Assembly (NCBI RefSeq): GCF_000009045.1
Contig: NC_000964.3
Coordinates: forward strand, 3,420,001 to 3,452,000
DNA: 32,000 nt
Source of the DNA: Bacillus subtilis subsp. subtilis str. 168
Lineage (GTDB): Bacteria > Bacillota > Bacilli > Bacillales > Bacillaceae
Direction of reading: 5' to 3'
Position numbers and translations under genes: made by a program. The notes below the pieces were generated by a model. That model was not told the DNA's origin. It did no database searches and saw nothing but the letters and a program-made list of their open reading frames with translations. Each line of letters begins with the position of its first letter. Positions within the stretch are counted from its first letter, which is position 1. Shown piece by piece: positions 1 through 8,330 of this stretch.

Positions 1-1065
1 TGTAATAATGAGTGCAATGACCGGACTTCCCTTTTTATTCGTTTTTGCAAAAAATGCCGGGAAATCTCCTGCTTTAGCGGCTTGGTATGGCACCTCAGAG
101 CCAAGCAAAATCCAGCCGAGCATCGTTCCGAATAAACAAAGGATAGCCAAAAGCGCCATAATCACGCTTCCCGCGTTTCCAACAATCGCATAGAGTACAT
201 CAACAAATGGTTTTTCAGAGCCGACAAGCTTATCATGCGGCAGAACACCCATCGTAATTAAAGTCACAATAATATATATGCTCAAGGCAATCAGCAAGCC
301 GGTAATTGTCGCACGTTTCACATCACGCTGAGAGCGCGCACGGCCGGACAGGATCACCGCGGATTCAATTCCGACAAACGCCCACAGTGTAGAAATCGCA
401 GCGTTATGAACCTGGCCACCAATTCCAATGCTTGTGCCGTTTTCTCCTTGAACCGGGAAATAAAAATGACCGAATAATGACGTTTGAAACACAAACAAAC
501 CGGCAACGATAAAGAAGACAAAACCTAATACTTTAGAAAGCGTTGTGACAAAGTTTAATTTACTTGCGCCGTTAATGCTGGCAACAAGAATCGCGTGCGT
601 TCCCCATAACAAGATCGTACATACGGCAAACGTCAGTAATTGGCCGAGTGTCACCTCTTGCCCGCCGATCGAAAACATCTCACGTTTATCAACCAAGATC
701 GGGAAGAACGAAGTCAAGTAACCGGCGAGACTTGTGATGATCGCCACGTTACTGATCCAGCTCGCCACCCAGTAGCCCCACACCATTGTGAAACCGGCAG
801 CGTTGCCTTTTTTCGGGTCAGAAAACAGCGCTCTTGCATAACTTTGCGGTCCCGCTGTCAGTTCAGGCTTGCGAATGGACAAGTGTCCGAACACAAGTGC
901 AATCATCAGCACGCCGGCACCTGTCAAAAGCCAGGCGGACGTAGCTCCAAACGGACTCGCAATTGAAGCAAGCGAGCTCGGCAAGGAGAAAATTCCTGAT
1001 CCAACCATATTTCCAACGACAAACGCCGTTAATAACCAAAAACCCCATTTTTTTGTCTGTTCCAT
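1..1065 (-). CDS. lysP: APC-family amino-acid (lysine) permease; the first 355 codons are in the window and the 3' end runs off the window edge
   Basis: Absent from the ORF track because it is edge-truncated. Minus-strand ATG at 1065 lies 7 nt after GGAGG (1077-1073). Translation gives MEQTKKWGFWLLTAFVVGNMVGSGIFSLPSSLASIASPFGATSAWLLTGAGVLMIALVFG..., typical of APC permease TM1-TM2. I translated about the first 100 codons and the last four without finding a stop; the rest was not checked codon by codon. An L-box leader lies directly upstream, as for B. subtilis yvsH/lysP. Confidence 0.85.
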   Translation of the reverse strand, partial: MEQTKKWGFWLLTAFVVGNMVGSGIFSLPSSLASIASPFGATSAWLLTGAGVLMIALVFGHLSIRKPELTAGPQSYARALFSDPKKGNAAGFTMVWGYWVASWISNVAIITSLAGYLTSFFPILVDKREMFSIGGQEVTLGQLLTFAVCTILLWGTHAILVASINGASKLNFVTTLSKVLGFVFFIVAGLFVFQTSLFGHFYFPVQGENGTSIGIGGQVHNAAISTLWAFVGIESAVILSGRARSQRDVKRATITGLLIALSIYIIVTLITMGVLPHDKLVGSEKPFVDVLYAIVGNAGSVIMALLAILCLFGTMLGWILLGSEVPYQAAKAGDFPAFFAKTNKKGSPVIALIIT

Positions 1066-1119
1066 TCCAGTACCTCCATGATTCTTTGTACGGACCAGAC
1101 CCCGAGATCATATAAACGC

Positions 1120-1342
1120 AAAAAAAGCCTGAACAAAAGTCCATGCTTAAAGAAACACACACCCTTGATCTCCGGATAGCCCTCCGCGAAAAAGCACGCG
1201 GCAGTCCTGCACTTATTCAGATACAGTCCCAGCATAGAGAAGGATCGGCTTTCTCCACACTTCGGCGCTGATGCCTTTTACACATGTTTAACAGCCCCTG
1301 TCAGCCTAGCATGTGTGACTCATCATCCGCGCAACCTCTACC
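1120..1342 (-). promoter_or_regulatory. Lysine riboswitch (L-box) leader with terminator-type expression platform controlling lysP
   Basis: The minus strand reads TAGAGGTTGCGCGGATGATGAGT...AGGGGC...GTAAAAGGCATCAGCGCCGAAGTG...CTGGGACTGTATCTGAATAAGTGCAGGACTGCCG. This parallels the conserved L-box cores of the lysC leader (AGAGGTGCG, GAGTA, AAAGGC, GCCGAAG, CTGG..TG..TGAATAA.TG.AGG.CTG). The 3' hairpin AAGCATGGAC-TTTT-GTTCAGGCTT plus a T7 run (plus 1120-1149) sits about 50 nt before the lysP SD. Confidence 0.85.
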
Positions 1343-1428
1343 TCACTGAGAAAGAGTGAGGATTTAATTATTCAGTTACTCCCAGAAGGTTATCAAAGAA
1401 AGGATGATCTGTCAAAGGGAACAGATGG

Positions 1429-1456
1429 AAAATACGGATAGAGCCAAGCCCTATCC
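1429..1456 (-). terminator. Weak hairpin terminator downstream of sspJ
   Basis: Minus strand shows GGATAG-GGCTTGGCT-CTATCC followed by GTATTTTCC, starting 9 nt after the sspJ stop. The stem is short and the U tract modest. Confidence 0.4.
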
Positions 1457-1464
1457 GCATGTGG

Positions 1465-1605
1465 TTATCGATTATTTTTCTTTTTTTGCACAGCTTCTTG
1501 AAGCGGATCATCTTTTAGAGCTGAACCAGCATCTTCAAGAGCTCCTTGGATTACGTTTTTTTCTTTTTCGGAACGTTTTCCTTTATCTTTATTAAAGAAA
1601 CCCAT
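1465..1605 (-). CDS. sspJ: Small acid-soluble spore protein J (46 aa)
   Basis: Below the ORF-track size cutoff. Manual minus-strand translation from ATG 1605 gives MGFFNKDKGKRSEKEKNVIQGALEDAGSALKDDPLQEAVQKKKNNR, ending at TAA (1467-1465). The SD GAGGTG lies 6 nt upstream. The sequence matches my memory of B. subtilis SspJ. Confidence 0.85.
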   Translation of the reverse strand: MGFFNKDKGKRSEKEKNVIQGALEDAGSALKDDPLQEAVQKKKNNR

Positions 1606-1771
1606 TCGTATCACCTCTTTTAAAAAATAGGTACATGTTTAAGATGCCTTTTTCCTGAAAAATTATGCGGGATATTTTTTATCGTCCAAAGTCCTGTTGA
1701 TCAAACATACATTCTCTTGATATATTTGTAATTCAGAGATTTTTTGCAAAAGATAAAAGGAGAAGCGGCAA

Positions 1772-2254
1772 ATGACAGGAAAAACACACATCATGGGAGG
1801 CATCGCTTCTTGTACGGCAGCGGCTTATTATTATGGATTTGATCCAGTGCTTATGGCTGCGTCAGGCGCGGTTGGAGCATTAATACCCGATATCTGCCAC
1901 ACACAAAGCAAAATCGGGAGAAAATTTCCTATTTTATCGAAAGTGGTCAGCTCCGTTTTTGGCCATCGCACCTTTACACACAGCCTGCTGTTTATGCTCA
2001 TCATGTTTTTTATCACTTCTACATACATTCCAGATAAAAACATATCAGCCGGCCTGATGATCGGAATGGCGAGCCACTTGATTCTTGACGCTTGGACGGT
2101 GAACGGAATCAAATTATTATTCCCTTCCACGATCCGCGTTCGGCTTCCATTATATATGAAGACAGGCAGTTTTTCTGAGCAGCTCGTGCTAGCCGGCCTG
2201 ACCCTTGCTTCATGTTACTACTTTTATATGCTGTTTCATGGCCGCATGTTTTAA
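1772..2254 (+). CDS. yvsG: Small polytopic membrane protein of the YdjM/DUF457 family (membrane-bound metal-dependent hydrolase-like)
   Basis: 160-aa ORF. AAAGGAG SD precedes the ATG. About four hydrophobic helices with His/Asp motifs (CHTQSK, HRTFTHS, HLILD) typical of DUF457. Position between sspJ and yvgJ matches strain 168. Confidence 0.8.
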   Translation: MTGKTHIMGGIASCTAAAYYYGFDPVLMAASGAVGALIPDICHTQSKIGRKFPILSKVVSSVFGHRTFTHSLLFMLIMFFITSTYIPDKNISAGLMIGMASHLILDAWTVNGIKLLFPSTIRVRLPLYMKTGSFSEQLVLAGLTLASCYYFYMLFHGRMF

Positions 2255-2353
2255 ACATGAGTGCTGAGACTTGTCTGAACCGGCTGTTTTTAGTAGGTTT
2301 TACTTAAGAAGCATTTCATGCAGATGATCAAGAAAACGTGAGGAGTCATATTG

Positions 2354-4207
2354 ATGAAAGGAACCTTTTTTCACAATCAGCGGTTTTTATGTTTTTCGAT
2401 CTTATTTATGTGGATCAAAACGTATGTGATATATAAACTCGGCTTTGATTTGCAAATCGATACTCTGTTGGAGGAGCTAATGCTGCTGGTCAACCCGCTC
2501 AGCTTTATTCTTCCTTTATTCGGGATCGGCCTGTTTCTAAAAGAAAACAAGCAGCGGGCCTTTTTGCTGATTGCCAATTTGGTTCTGACTGTTATCTTGA
2601 TCTCTAATACGATTTTTTACGGCTTTTATATCGATTTTATTACCATCCCGGTTTTATTTCAGGCCAGCAACATGAGCGATATGGGCAGCAGTGTAAAAGA
2701 ACTGTTCCATCCTCTGTTTATCGCCCTGTTTGTGGATTTGGTTTTTCTGCTGTTGTTCGCCAGAAAAACCAAACACCCACAGACAAAAGCCGCTCCCCAC
2801 ACGATCAAACGGTACTATGCAGCTTCCTGCGGAATGCTTTTATGCACACTGGCACTTGCAGAAGTACAGCAGCCGAAGCTTTTGGCACATTCTTTTGACC
2901 GGGAAATGCTAGTCAAAAGCATCGGCCTGTTTCAGTTCCATATTTACGATACAATTTCTCAGACTGTTAATATCAGCGCGAAAGCTTTTGCCGATGAAGA
3001 CAGTATAACTGCCATTAAAAACTACACAGAGGCTGATTACAGCAAGCCTGATCAAAGCAAATTCGGTCTTGCAAAGGGGCGCAATGTCATCTTTGTAACA
3101 CTTGAGTCGACCCAAAGCTTTGTTCTGAATGAAAAAGTAAATGGAAAAGAAATTACCCCATTTATGAATGATCTCATAAAAAAAAGCTATTCCTTTGATC
3201 ATTTCTATCAGCAAACAGAACAAGGCAAAACATCAGATTCAGAATTTATCGTCGCTAACTCACTGTATCCCTCCCTTAGCGGCGCCGTCTTTTTCACGAA
3301 AAGCGACCATCAATTTCATACGATGTATAAATCGCTGAAGCAGCACGATTATTATTCAGCCGTCTTTCACGCTAACCATAAAACATTTTGGAACAGAGAT
3401 GTCATGTACGATACATTTGGCATTGACCGCTTTTTTGATGTTGATGATTTTCATGTCACTCCCGGGACATCGACAAGCTGGGGCTTAAAAGACAAAGAAT
3501 TTTTAGAGCAGTCCGCCAAAAAGCTGAAAAGCCTACCGCAGCCGTTCTACAGCAGTTTTATCACGTTAACGAATCATTTTCCGTTTGAGATTGATGAAAA
3601 GGATCAGCTGATAGATGAATTCGATTCAAGCAGTGATCTGTTAAACCGCTATGTGACCACGGTTCGCTATGAGGATGAAGCATTGAAGCATTTTATCAAA
3701 AAACTGAAGGACGAAGGCTTATACGAAAATTCGATGATCGTATTTATGGGAGATCATTACGGCATTTCTGAAGCCCATAACGAGGCAATGGCTGAGTTTT
3801 TAGGGAAAGACGAAATCACACCGTATGACAACGTTCAGCTCCAGCGGGTGCCGTTTATCATACATATCCCGGGAATCACCGATCAACAGCCGGAAACCAT
3901 CCCTGATGCCGGGGGACAGGTCGACGTCAGGCCGACGCTGATGCATTTGCTCGGCGTTGAGACAAAAGGCGATATCCAATTCGGCAATGATTTGCTGTCG
4001 GGCGACCGCACCCCATTCGCCGTTCTGCGAAACGGCAGCTTTATTACGAACGATTATGTATACACAAAGAACACGTGCTATAGCCAAAAAACAGGTGAAG
4101 TGCTGGAAGATCAGGATGCGTGCCTCCCTTACAAGGAGAAAGCAAACGAAGAACTGTCTCTCTCTGATAAAATTTTAAATGGTGACCTGCTCAGGTTTTC
4201 CGAATGA
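2354..4207 (+). CDS. yvgJ: LtaS-family lipoteichoic acid synthase/primase (N-terminal 5-TM domain plus extracellular sulfatase-like domain)
   Basis: The ORF opens at TTG 2351, but ATG 2354 has the better spacing (8 nt) to GGAG 2342-2345 and gives 617 aa. An N-terminal polytopic region is followed by a sulfatase-fold domain with LTNHFPF and GDHYG motifs characteristic of LtaS paralogs. Confidence 0.9.
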   Translation: MKGTFFHNQRFLCFSILFMWIKTYVIYKLGFDLQIDTLLEELMLLVNPLSFILPLFGIGLFLKENKQRAFLLIANLVLTVILISNTIFYGFYIDFITIPVLFQASNMSDMGSSVKELFHPLFIALFVDLVFLLLFARKTKHPQTKAAPHTIKRYYAASCGMLLCTLALAEVQQPKLLAHSFDREMLVKSIGLFQFHIYDTISQTVNISAKAFADEDSITAIKNYTEADYSKPDQSKFGLAKGRNVIFVTLESTQSFVLNEKVNGKEITPFMNDLIKKSYSFDHFYQQTEQGKTSDSEFIVANSLYPSLSGAVFFTKSDHQFHTMYKSLKQHDYYSAVFHANHKTFWNRDVMYDTFGIDRFFDVDDFHVTPGTSTSWGLKDKEFLEQSAKKLKSLPQPFYSSFITLTNHFPFEIDEKDQLIDEFDSSSDLLNRYVTTVRYEDEALKHFIKKLKDEGLYENSMIVFMGDHYGISEAHNEAMAEFLGKDEITPYDNVQLQRVPFIIHIPGITDQQPETIPDAGGQVDVRPTLMHLLGVETKGDIQFGNDLLSGDRTPFAVLRNGSFITNDYVYTKNTCYSQKTGEVLEDQDACLPYKEKANEELSLSDKILNGDLLRFSE

Positions 4208-4237
4208 AAAAATCCCTCTATCAAGAGGGATTTTTTA
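4207..4237. terminator. Bidirectional rho-independent terminator shared by convergent yvgJ and yvgK
   Basis: AAAAA-ATCCCTCT-ATCA-AGAGGGAT-TTTTT: a perfect 8-bp stem flanked by A and T runs, between the two stop codons. Confidence 0.85.
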
Positions 4238-5164
4238 CGTTTCCAATATCACCTTGCCAGTCAGCTTCGTTTCATAGCCGTTTAAATGAGACAGATTCGC
4301 CTTGTAGTCCTCAGAATTCAAAATCTCCTTCACGGCTTTGAGCAACTGCTCATTTTTTTTCAAAACAACGATATCATATTGTTCGTCGATGAGCGGGATA
4401 AAATCAACACTGCCCATATGTGCCGCGTGCTGTGCCCCGATTCCCGCGTCAGCCTGTCCGCTTGAAACTTGTGAAGCGGCAGCGTAATGATCAGTCACGA
4501 TATCGCCATATCCCACTACATCAGCCGGATTCACACCAAGCAAGCCAAGCTGTTCATCAAGGAGCACCCTTGCGCCAGAACCCTTTTCCCTGTTGATGAT
4601 CCGGATATCGGCTCTTTTCAAGTCTTTCCAGCCTTGAATGTTTTTCGGATTCCCTTTTTGCACATACAGTCCTGCTTTGCGGAGAACGACATTGATGAGA
4701 CAAAACGGTTCACCTGTCAAAATCCGTTTTACATAAGGCGCGTTATACTGGCCCGTTTCTGCATCGTACAAATGGAGGCTGACAATGTCACACTTGCCTT
4801 GATACATATCAATCAGGCTGTTTAAGCTTCCTTTGTATTTACGGAGCGGCGTCTCCTGAATGGCATTCTCCAAATGCTTGCTGAGGATATCCATCGAAAT
4901 GTCCTGTCCGCTGATCATGACATTTGGTCTGCCGTCCGGCTCAGCCTCCTGCACCTGTTTCGGCGCTTCTTTTGCAGCGATGGGCTGAGACATTCTCATA
5001 TTCGTTTTATATTGCTTTAAATCTTCTTCATCCACACGCATCTGCCTTCCGACACGGTAAGCAGGCAGCACGCCTTTTTTAATCAAGTCATAAACGGTCA
5101 GCTTTGATACCTTCAGCAGACCTGCAACTTCTTCTATCGTATAGGAAGAGGTTTCATTCATCAT
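4235..5164 (-). CDS. yvgK: Putative transcription regulator: N-terminal excisionase/MerR-like HTH fused to a periplasmic-binding-protein-like (molybdate-binding type, COG1910-like) domain
   Basis: The ORF begins GTG-ATG-ATG-ATG (5170, 5167, 5164, 5161) directly after AGGAGA (5176-5171), so the exact start is ambiguous within 9 nt. The N-terminus YTIEEVAGLLKVSKLTVYDLIKKGVLPAYRVGRQMRV is an excisionase-type HTH. The C-terminal approximately 230 aa resembles a PBP-like anion-binding domain. The gene is divergent from modAB. Confidence 0.8.
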   Translation of the reverse strand: MMNETSSYTIEEVAGLLKVSKLTVYDLIKKGVLPAYRVGRQMRVDEEDLKQYKTNMRMSQPIAAKEAPKQVQEAEPDGRPNVMISGQDISMDILSKHLENAIQETPLRKYKGSLNSLIDMYQGKCDIVSLHLYDAETGQYNAPYVKRILTGEPFCLINVVLRKAGLYVQKGNPKNIQGWKDLKRADIRIINREKGSGARVLLDEQLGLLGVNPADVVGYGDIVTDHYAAASQVSSGQADAGIGAQHAAHMGSVDFIPLIDEQYDIVVLKKNEQLLKAVKEILNSEDYKANLSHLNGYETKLTGKVILET

Positions 5165-5214
5165 CATCACTCTCCTATTTTATTATACCTTTTCGCCGAA
5201 TGTAAAAAAACCCA

Positions 5215-5260
5215 CATAAACCAAACATAATCAGTTATAATTAGTTATATCTAATGATAA
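5215..5260. repeat. Helically phased AT-motif array in the yvgK-modA divergent control region
   Basis: CATAA (5215), CATAA (5226), TATAA (5236), TATAT (5246) and GATAA (5256) recur every 10-11 bp. It includes a tandem AGTTATA at 5233-5239 and 5243-5249. TATAAT at 5236-5241 is a candidate modA -10. Function is not established. Confidence 0.5.
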
Positions 5261-5271
5261 GGGGTGCAATC

Positions 5272-6054
5272 ATGTTTAAGAAGTATTCTATTTTCATCGC
5301 AGCCTTAACTGCTTTTCTGCTTGTAGCAGGCTGTTCTTCAAACCAGTCTTCAACGGACAGCGAGAAAAAAGTAACGTTAACCATCTCAGCTGCCGCCAGC
5401 GCGCAGGATGCACTTGAGGAAATCCAAAAAAATTATGAAAAAGATCATCAACATATAACCATCCAAGATAACTATGGCTCATCCGGCGCCTTGCAAAAAC
5501 AGATTTCTCAAGGAGCAGGAGCAGATCTGTTCTTCTCAGCTGCTGAGGATAAATTTAAAAAGCTGGTGGATGATGGAGATATCGCAAAAAAAGACAGCAC
5601 TGAATTAGTCGGTAATGAAATTGTGCTGGTCGTACCGAAAAACGGAGATTCACCTGTGACAAGCTTCAGCAATCTGGCTGAATCAGAAAAAATCGCTCTT
5701 GGCACTCCGGAATCCGTACCGGCAGGAGCTTATGGGAAAGAATCACTGACAAAGCTGTCTTTATGGGACAAAGTGAAGGATAAAATTGTGTATGGAAAAG
5801 ACGTTCGCCAAGTTCTTTCTTATGTTGAAACCGGCAATGTAGACGCAGGTGTTGTTTATAAAACAGATGCCCTAGTCTCGAAAAAGGTCAACATTGTTGA
5901 CGAGGCAAAAGCAGATACACACAGCCCAATTGTCTATCCGTTAGGAATCGTAAAAGATACAAAACACCGTAAGGAAGCGAAGGAATTTTACGAATACCTG
6001 CAATCTGATGAAGCAATGAAAGTATTTGAGAAATATGGCTTTACTGCCGAGTAG
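5272..6054 (+). CDS. modA: Molybdate ABC transporter substrate-binding lipoprotein
   Basis: ATG 5272 lies 7 nt after AAGGGG and is preferred over the track start at 5254, giving 260 aa. The signal peptide has a lipobox (LLVAGC). ModA-family motifs include GSSGAL and the PAG..G region. Confidence 0.9.
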   Translation: MFKKYSIFIAALTAFLLVAGCSSNQSSTDSEKKVTLTISAAASAQDALEEIQKNYEKDHQHITIQDNYGSSGALQKQISQGAGADLFFSAAEDKFKKLVDDGDIAKKDSTELVGNEIVLVVPKNGDSPVTSFSNLAESEKIALGTPESVPAGAYGKESLTKLSLWDKVKDKIVYGKDVRQVLSYVETGNVDAGVVYKTDALVSKKVNIVDEAKADTHSPIVYPLGIVKDTKHRKEAKEFYEYLQSDEAMKVFEKYGFTAE

Positions 6055-6718
6055 CATAAGCGCTTCAGAATTTTTCACACCCGTTGTGCTTTCCTTTCAG
6101 GTGGCGGCAGTTGCCGGAATTGTTGTCATTATTCTCGGAACACTTGCTGGAGCATGGATGTCACGGGCATCATTTTTCGGAAAAACGGCACTCGAAACAT
6201 GTTTTATGCTTCCGCTCGTTCTTCCGCCTACTGTTGTCGGTTTTATTCTGATCGTCATTTTCGGAAAGCACAGCTTCATCGGACAAGCCATCGAGTGGAT
6301 TTTCCAGCAGCCTGTCATTTTCACCTGGTGGGCCGCTGTGATCGCCTCGGCTGTTGTAGCCTTTCCGCTTATGTATCAATCAGCCAAAACCGGATTTGCT
6401 GACATTGATCCCGATATACAAGGTGCGGCAATGGTAGACGGCGCTAGCAGATGGAAAGTGTTTATCCATATCTCCGTCCCGCTTGCCTATCCTTCGTTAC
6501 TGACCGGAAGCATCCTTAGCCTTGCGCGGGCGCTCGGAGAATTTGGCGCAACACTCATGTTTGCAGGAAACATCCCCGGTGTTACGCAAACACTGCCGAC
6601 GGCGATATATGTCGCATTGGATTCCGGCAACAATACCCTTGCTTGGGCGTGGGTCGTCTGTATTGTTGTCATTTCCTTTTTGATGCTGTTTTTCATTCAA
6701 CAGAAAAAAACGCACTAA
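6035..6718 (+). CDS. modB: Molybdate ABC transporter permease
   Basis: The ORF overlaps the modA stop. Start is ATG 6035 (227 aa) or TTG 6026; neither has a strong SD, so translational coupling is likely. It is a polytopic protein with the ABC-permease EAA-like loop (LARALGEFGATLMFAGN). Confidence 0.88.
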   Translation: MALLPSSISASEFFTPVVLSFQVAAVAGIVVIILGTLAGAWMSRASFFGKTALETCFMLPLVLPPTVVGFILIVIFGKHSFIGQAIEWIFQQPVIFTWWAAVIASAVVAFPLMYQSAKTGFADIDPDIQGAAMVDGASRWKVFIHISVPLAYPSLLTGSILSLARALGEFGATLMFAGNIPGVTQTLPTAIYVALDSGNNTLAWAWVVCIVVISFLMLFFIQQKKTH

Positions 6719-6747
6719 AAAAACTCCCCATAACGGGGAGTTTTTTG
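6717..6747. terminator. Bidirectional terminator between modB and convergent yvgN
   Basis: AAAAAAA-CTCCCC-ATAA-CGGGGAG-TTTTTT sits immediately after the modB stop and before the yvgN stop. Confidence 0.85.
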
Positions 6748-6748
6748 A

Positions 6749-7579
6749 TTAAAACAGAAGCTCATCAGGATTTGGACCGACACGCTCATCTTTATTTAAT
6801 GCGTCAATTTTGTCCATGTCTTCTTGAGACAATTCGAAATCAAAAATATCAGCGTTTTCGATGATACGGTGTTCTTTAATGGATTTTGGAATGGTTACAA
6901 CTCCATGCTGCAGATCCCAGCGCAAAATCACTTGAGCCACAGATTTATTGTGTTTTTCAGCAATCTGTGTCAGTACTTCGTTATCCAAAAGCTGTCCCTG
7001 CATGAGCGGAGACCACGCTTCCAGCTGAATGCCTTGCCCTTTGCAGTAATCTCTTAATTCTTTTTGCGTCAAGCGAGGGTGAAATTCAACTTGGTTCACC
7101 ATCGGTTTGATTTCAGCATCTTTCAACAGCTCTTCTAAATGATGAACTTGGAAATTGCTGACGCCGATCGCGCGAATTTTGCCGTCTTTGTACAGCTTTT
7201 CAAGCGCGCGCCATGTATCTTTATATTTATCTTTGCCAGGCCAATGGATCAAATATAAATCTAAGTAATCAAGCTGCAGTCTTTCTAGGCTTTTTTCAAA
7301 GGCAGCAAGCGTTGTTTCATAGCCTTGATCTTCATTCCACACTTTTGATGTGATGAAGAGCTCTTCTCTTGCCACACCGGATTCTTTAATCCCGATGCCA
7401 ACGCCTTCTTCATTTTTGTAGATCGCTGCTGTATCAATACTGCGATAGCCATTTTTAATTGCCGCTTTCACTGATTCAGTCGCTTCATTACCATTTTCTA
7501 CTTTAAAAACGCCCAGACCGAACCAAGGCATTTCAACTCCGTTATGTAACTTTACAGTATCTTTTAAACTTGTTGGCAC
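6749..7579 (-). CDS. yvgN: Aldo-keto reductase (glyoxal/methylglyoxal reductase)
   Basis: AKR family signatures are present ([24 protein letters not shown]). GTG 7579 lies 8 nt after GGTGGAGG and gives 276 aa beginning MPTSLKD, so the track start at 7591 sits inside the SD. It matches remembered YvgN. Confidence 0.9.
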   Translation of the reverse strand: MPTSLKDTVKLHNGVEMPWFGLGVFKVENGNEATESVKAAIKNGYRSIDTAAIYKNEEGVGIGIKESGVAREELFITSKVWNEDQGYETTLAAFEKSLERLQLDYLDLYLIHWPGKDKYKDTWRALEKLYKDGKIRAIGVSNFQVHHLEELLKDAEIKPMVNQVEFHPRLTQKELRDYCKGQGIQLEAWSPLMQGQLLDNEVLTQIAEKHNKSVAQVILRWDLQHGVVTIPKSIKEHRIIENADIFDFELSQEDMDKIDALNKDERVGPNPDELLF

Positions 7580-7735
7580 TTGAACCTCCACCCTTTCACT
7601 GAAATGTAAGCGTCTATATTATCTCACATTCCTCTCAGCCGATACCAATAATACGCTTAAGACCCTCTTTTTGCTTCTTTTTTCACAGCACAGGCAAATC
7701 CAAACACTATTTTTTTCCTATTTTAACAATATTGA

Positions 7736-7761
7736 GATTACAAATACATTGAGCAGGGTAT
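7736..7761 (+). promoter_or_regulatory. Candidate SigB-type promoter for yvgO
   Basis: GATTAC-N14-GGGTAT compares with the SigB consensus GTTTAA-N12-15-GGGTAT and lies about 40 nt upstream of the yvgO start. I recall yvgO as a general-stress gene. The -35 matches only 4 of 6. Confidence 0.4.
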
Positions 7762-7801
7762 GCGTGTAGTGTAACCAAATGAAAACAAAGGAGGAAACAA
7801 C

Positions 7802-8287
7802 TTGAAACGTATTCGTATCCCAATGACACTTGCTCTTGGTGCCGCTTTGACAATTGCCCCTTTGTCCTTTGCTTCCGCTGAAGAAAATCCTGCTCCGAAG
7901 ATGTCGCAGACAACTACTGCTGGAACAACTGCCGCTGATGTAGGTTTAAACGTCAACCTGGATGTACTTGGAATTGCCAACCAGATCGCTGATGCCATCA
8001 AATCCGCACAGAATAGGGATGGCTTTGTGAAAAACCTCATGGAGTCTTCCTTCTACGCGTCCGGCCAAAAATATAACGTCATGGTCTTTAATTTAAGCCA
8101 GGAATATGAAGATCATTTGAACGGTGTGCAATTTTACGGCTCAGCCGTTTACGACGGCATTACGTATGGCATTTGGGTATTTGAAGATGGAACCTTTACA
8201 AACAAAGGCGATGGCGGCTGGATCAACTGGGCCTTCAGAGGCTGGTTCGACCGGGATGGCAGCACTGTCGCATTTCATCGCCCTTAA
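7802..8287 (+). CDS. yvgO: Secreted stress-response protein of unknown biochemical function
   Basis: TTG start lies 7 nt after AGGAGG. A Sec signal peptide (MKRIRIPMTLALGAALTIAPLSFASA/EE) is present. The 161-aa ORF is followed by a strong terminator. Confidence 0.85.
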   Translation: MKRIRIPMTLALGAALTIAPLSFASAEENPAPKMSQTTTAGTTAADVGLNVNLDVLGIANQIADAIKSAQNRDGFVKNLMESSFYASGQKYNVMVFNLSQEYEDHLNGVQFYGSAVYDGITYGIWVFEDGTFTNKGDGGWINWAFRGWFDRDGSTVAFHRP

Positions 8288-8290
8288 TAT

Positions 8291-8325
8291 AAAAAAAGCT
8301 GGCGCTCTAACGCCAGCTTTTTTTC
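8291..8325. terminator. Bidirectional terminator between yvgO and convergent nhaK
   Basis: AAAAAAA-GCTGGCG-CTCTAA-CGCCAGC-TTTTTTT. Confidence 0.9.
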
Positions 8326-8330
8326 TGCAT

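Noticed and set aside
863-1235. Two minus-strand ORFs (99 and 68 aa) overlapping the lysP 5' end and leader
   Set aside because: They are out of frame with lysP, span the riboswitch and its terminator, and give Cys/Phe-rich nonsense-like translations without an SD.
1606-1700. Attempt to assign a sigma-G promoter to sspJ
   Set aside because: sspJ is expected to be forespore-expressed. However, I could not align a convincing GHATR-N17/18-CATxHTA pair, because the only GCATC has the wrong spacing to any -10-like element, so no promoter feature is reported.
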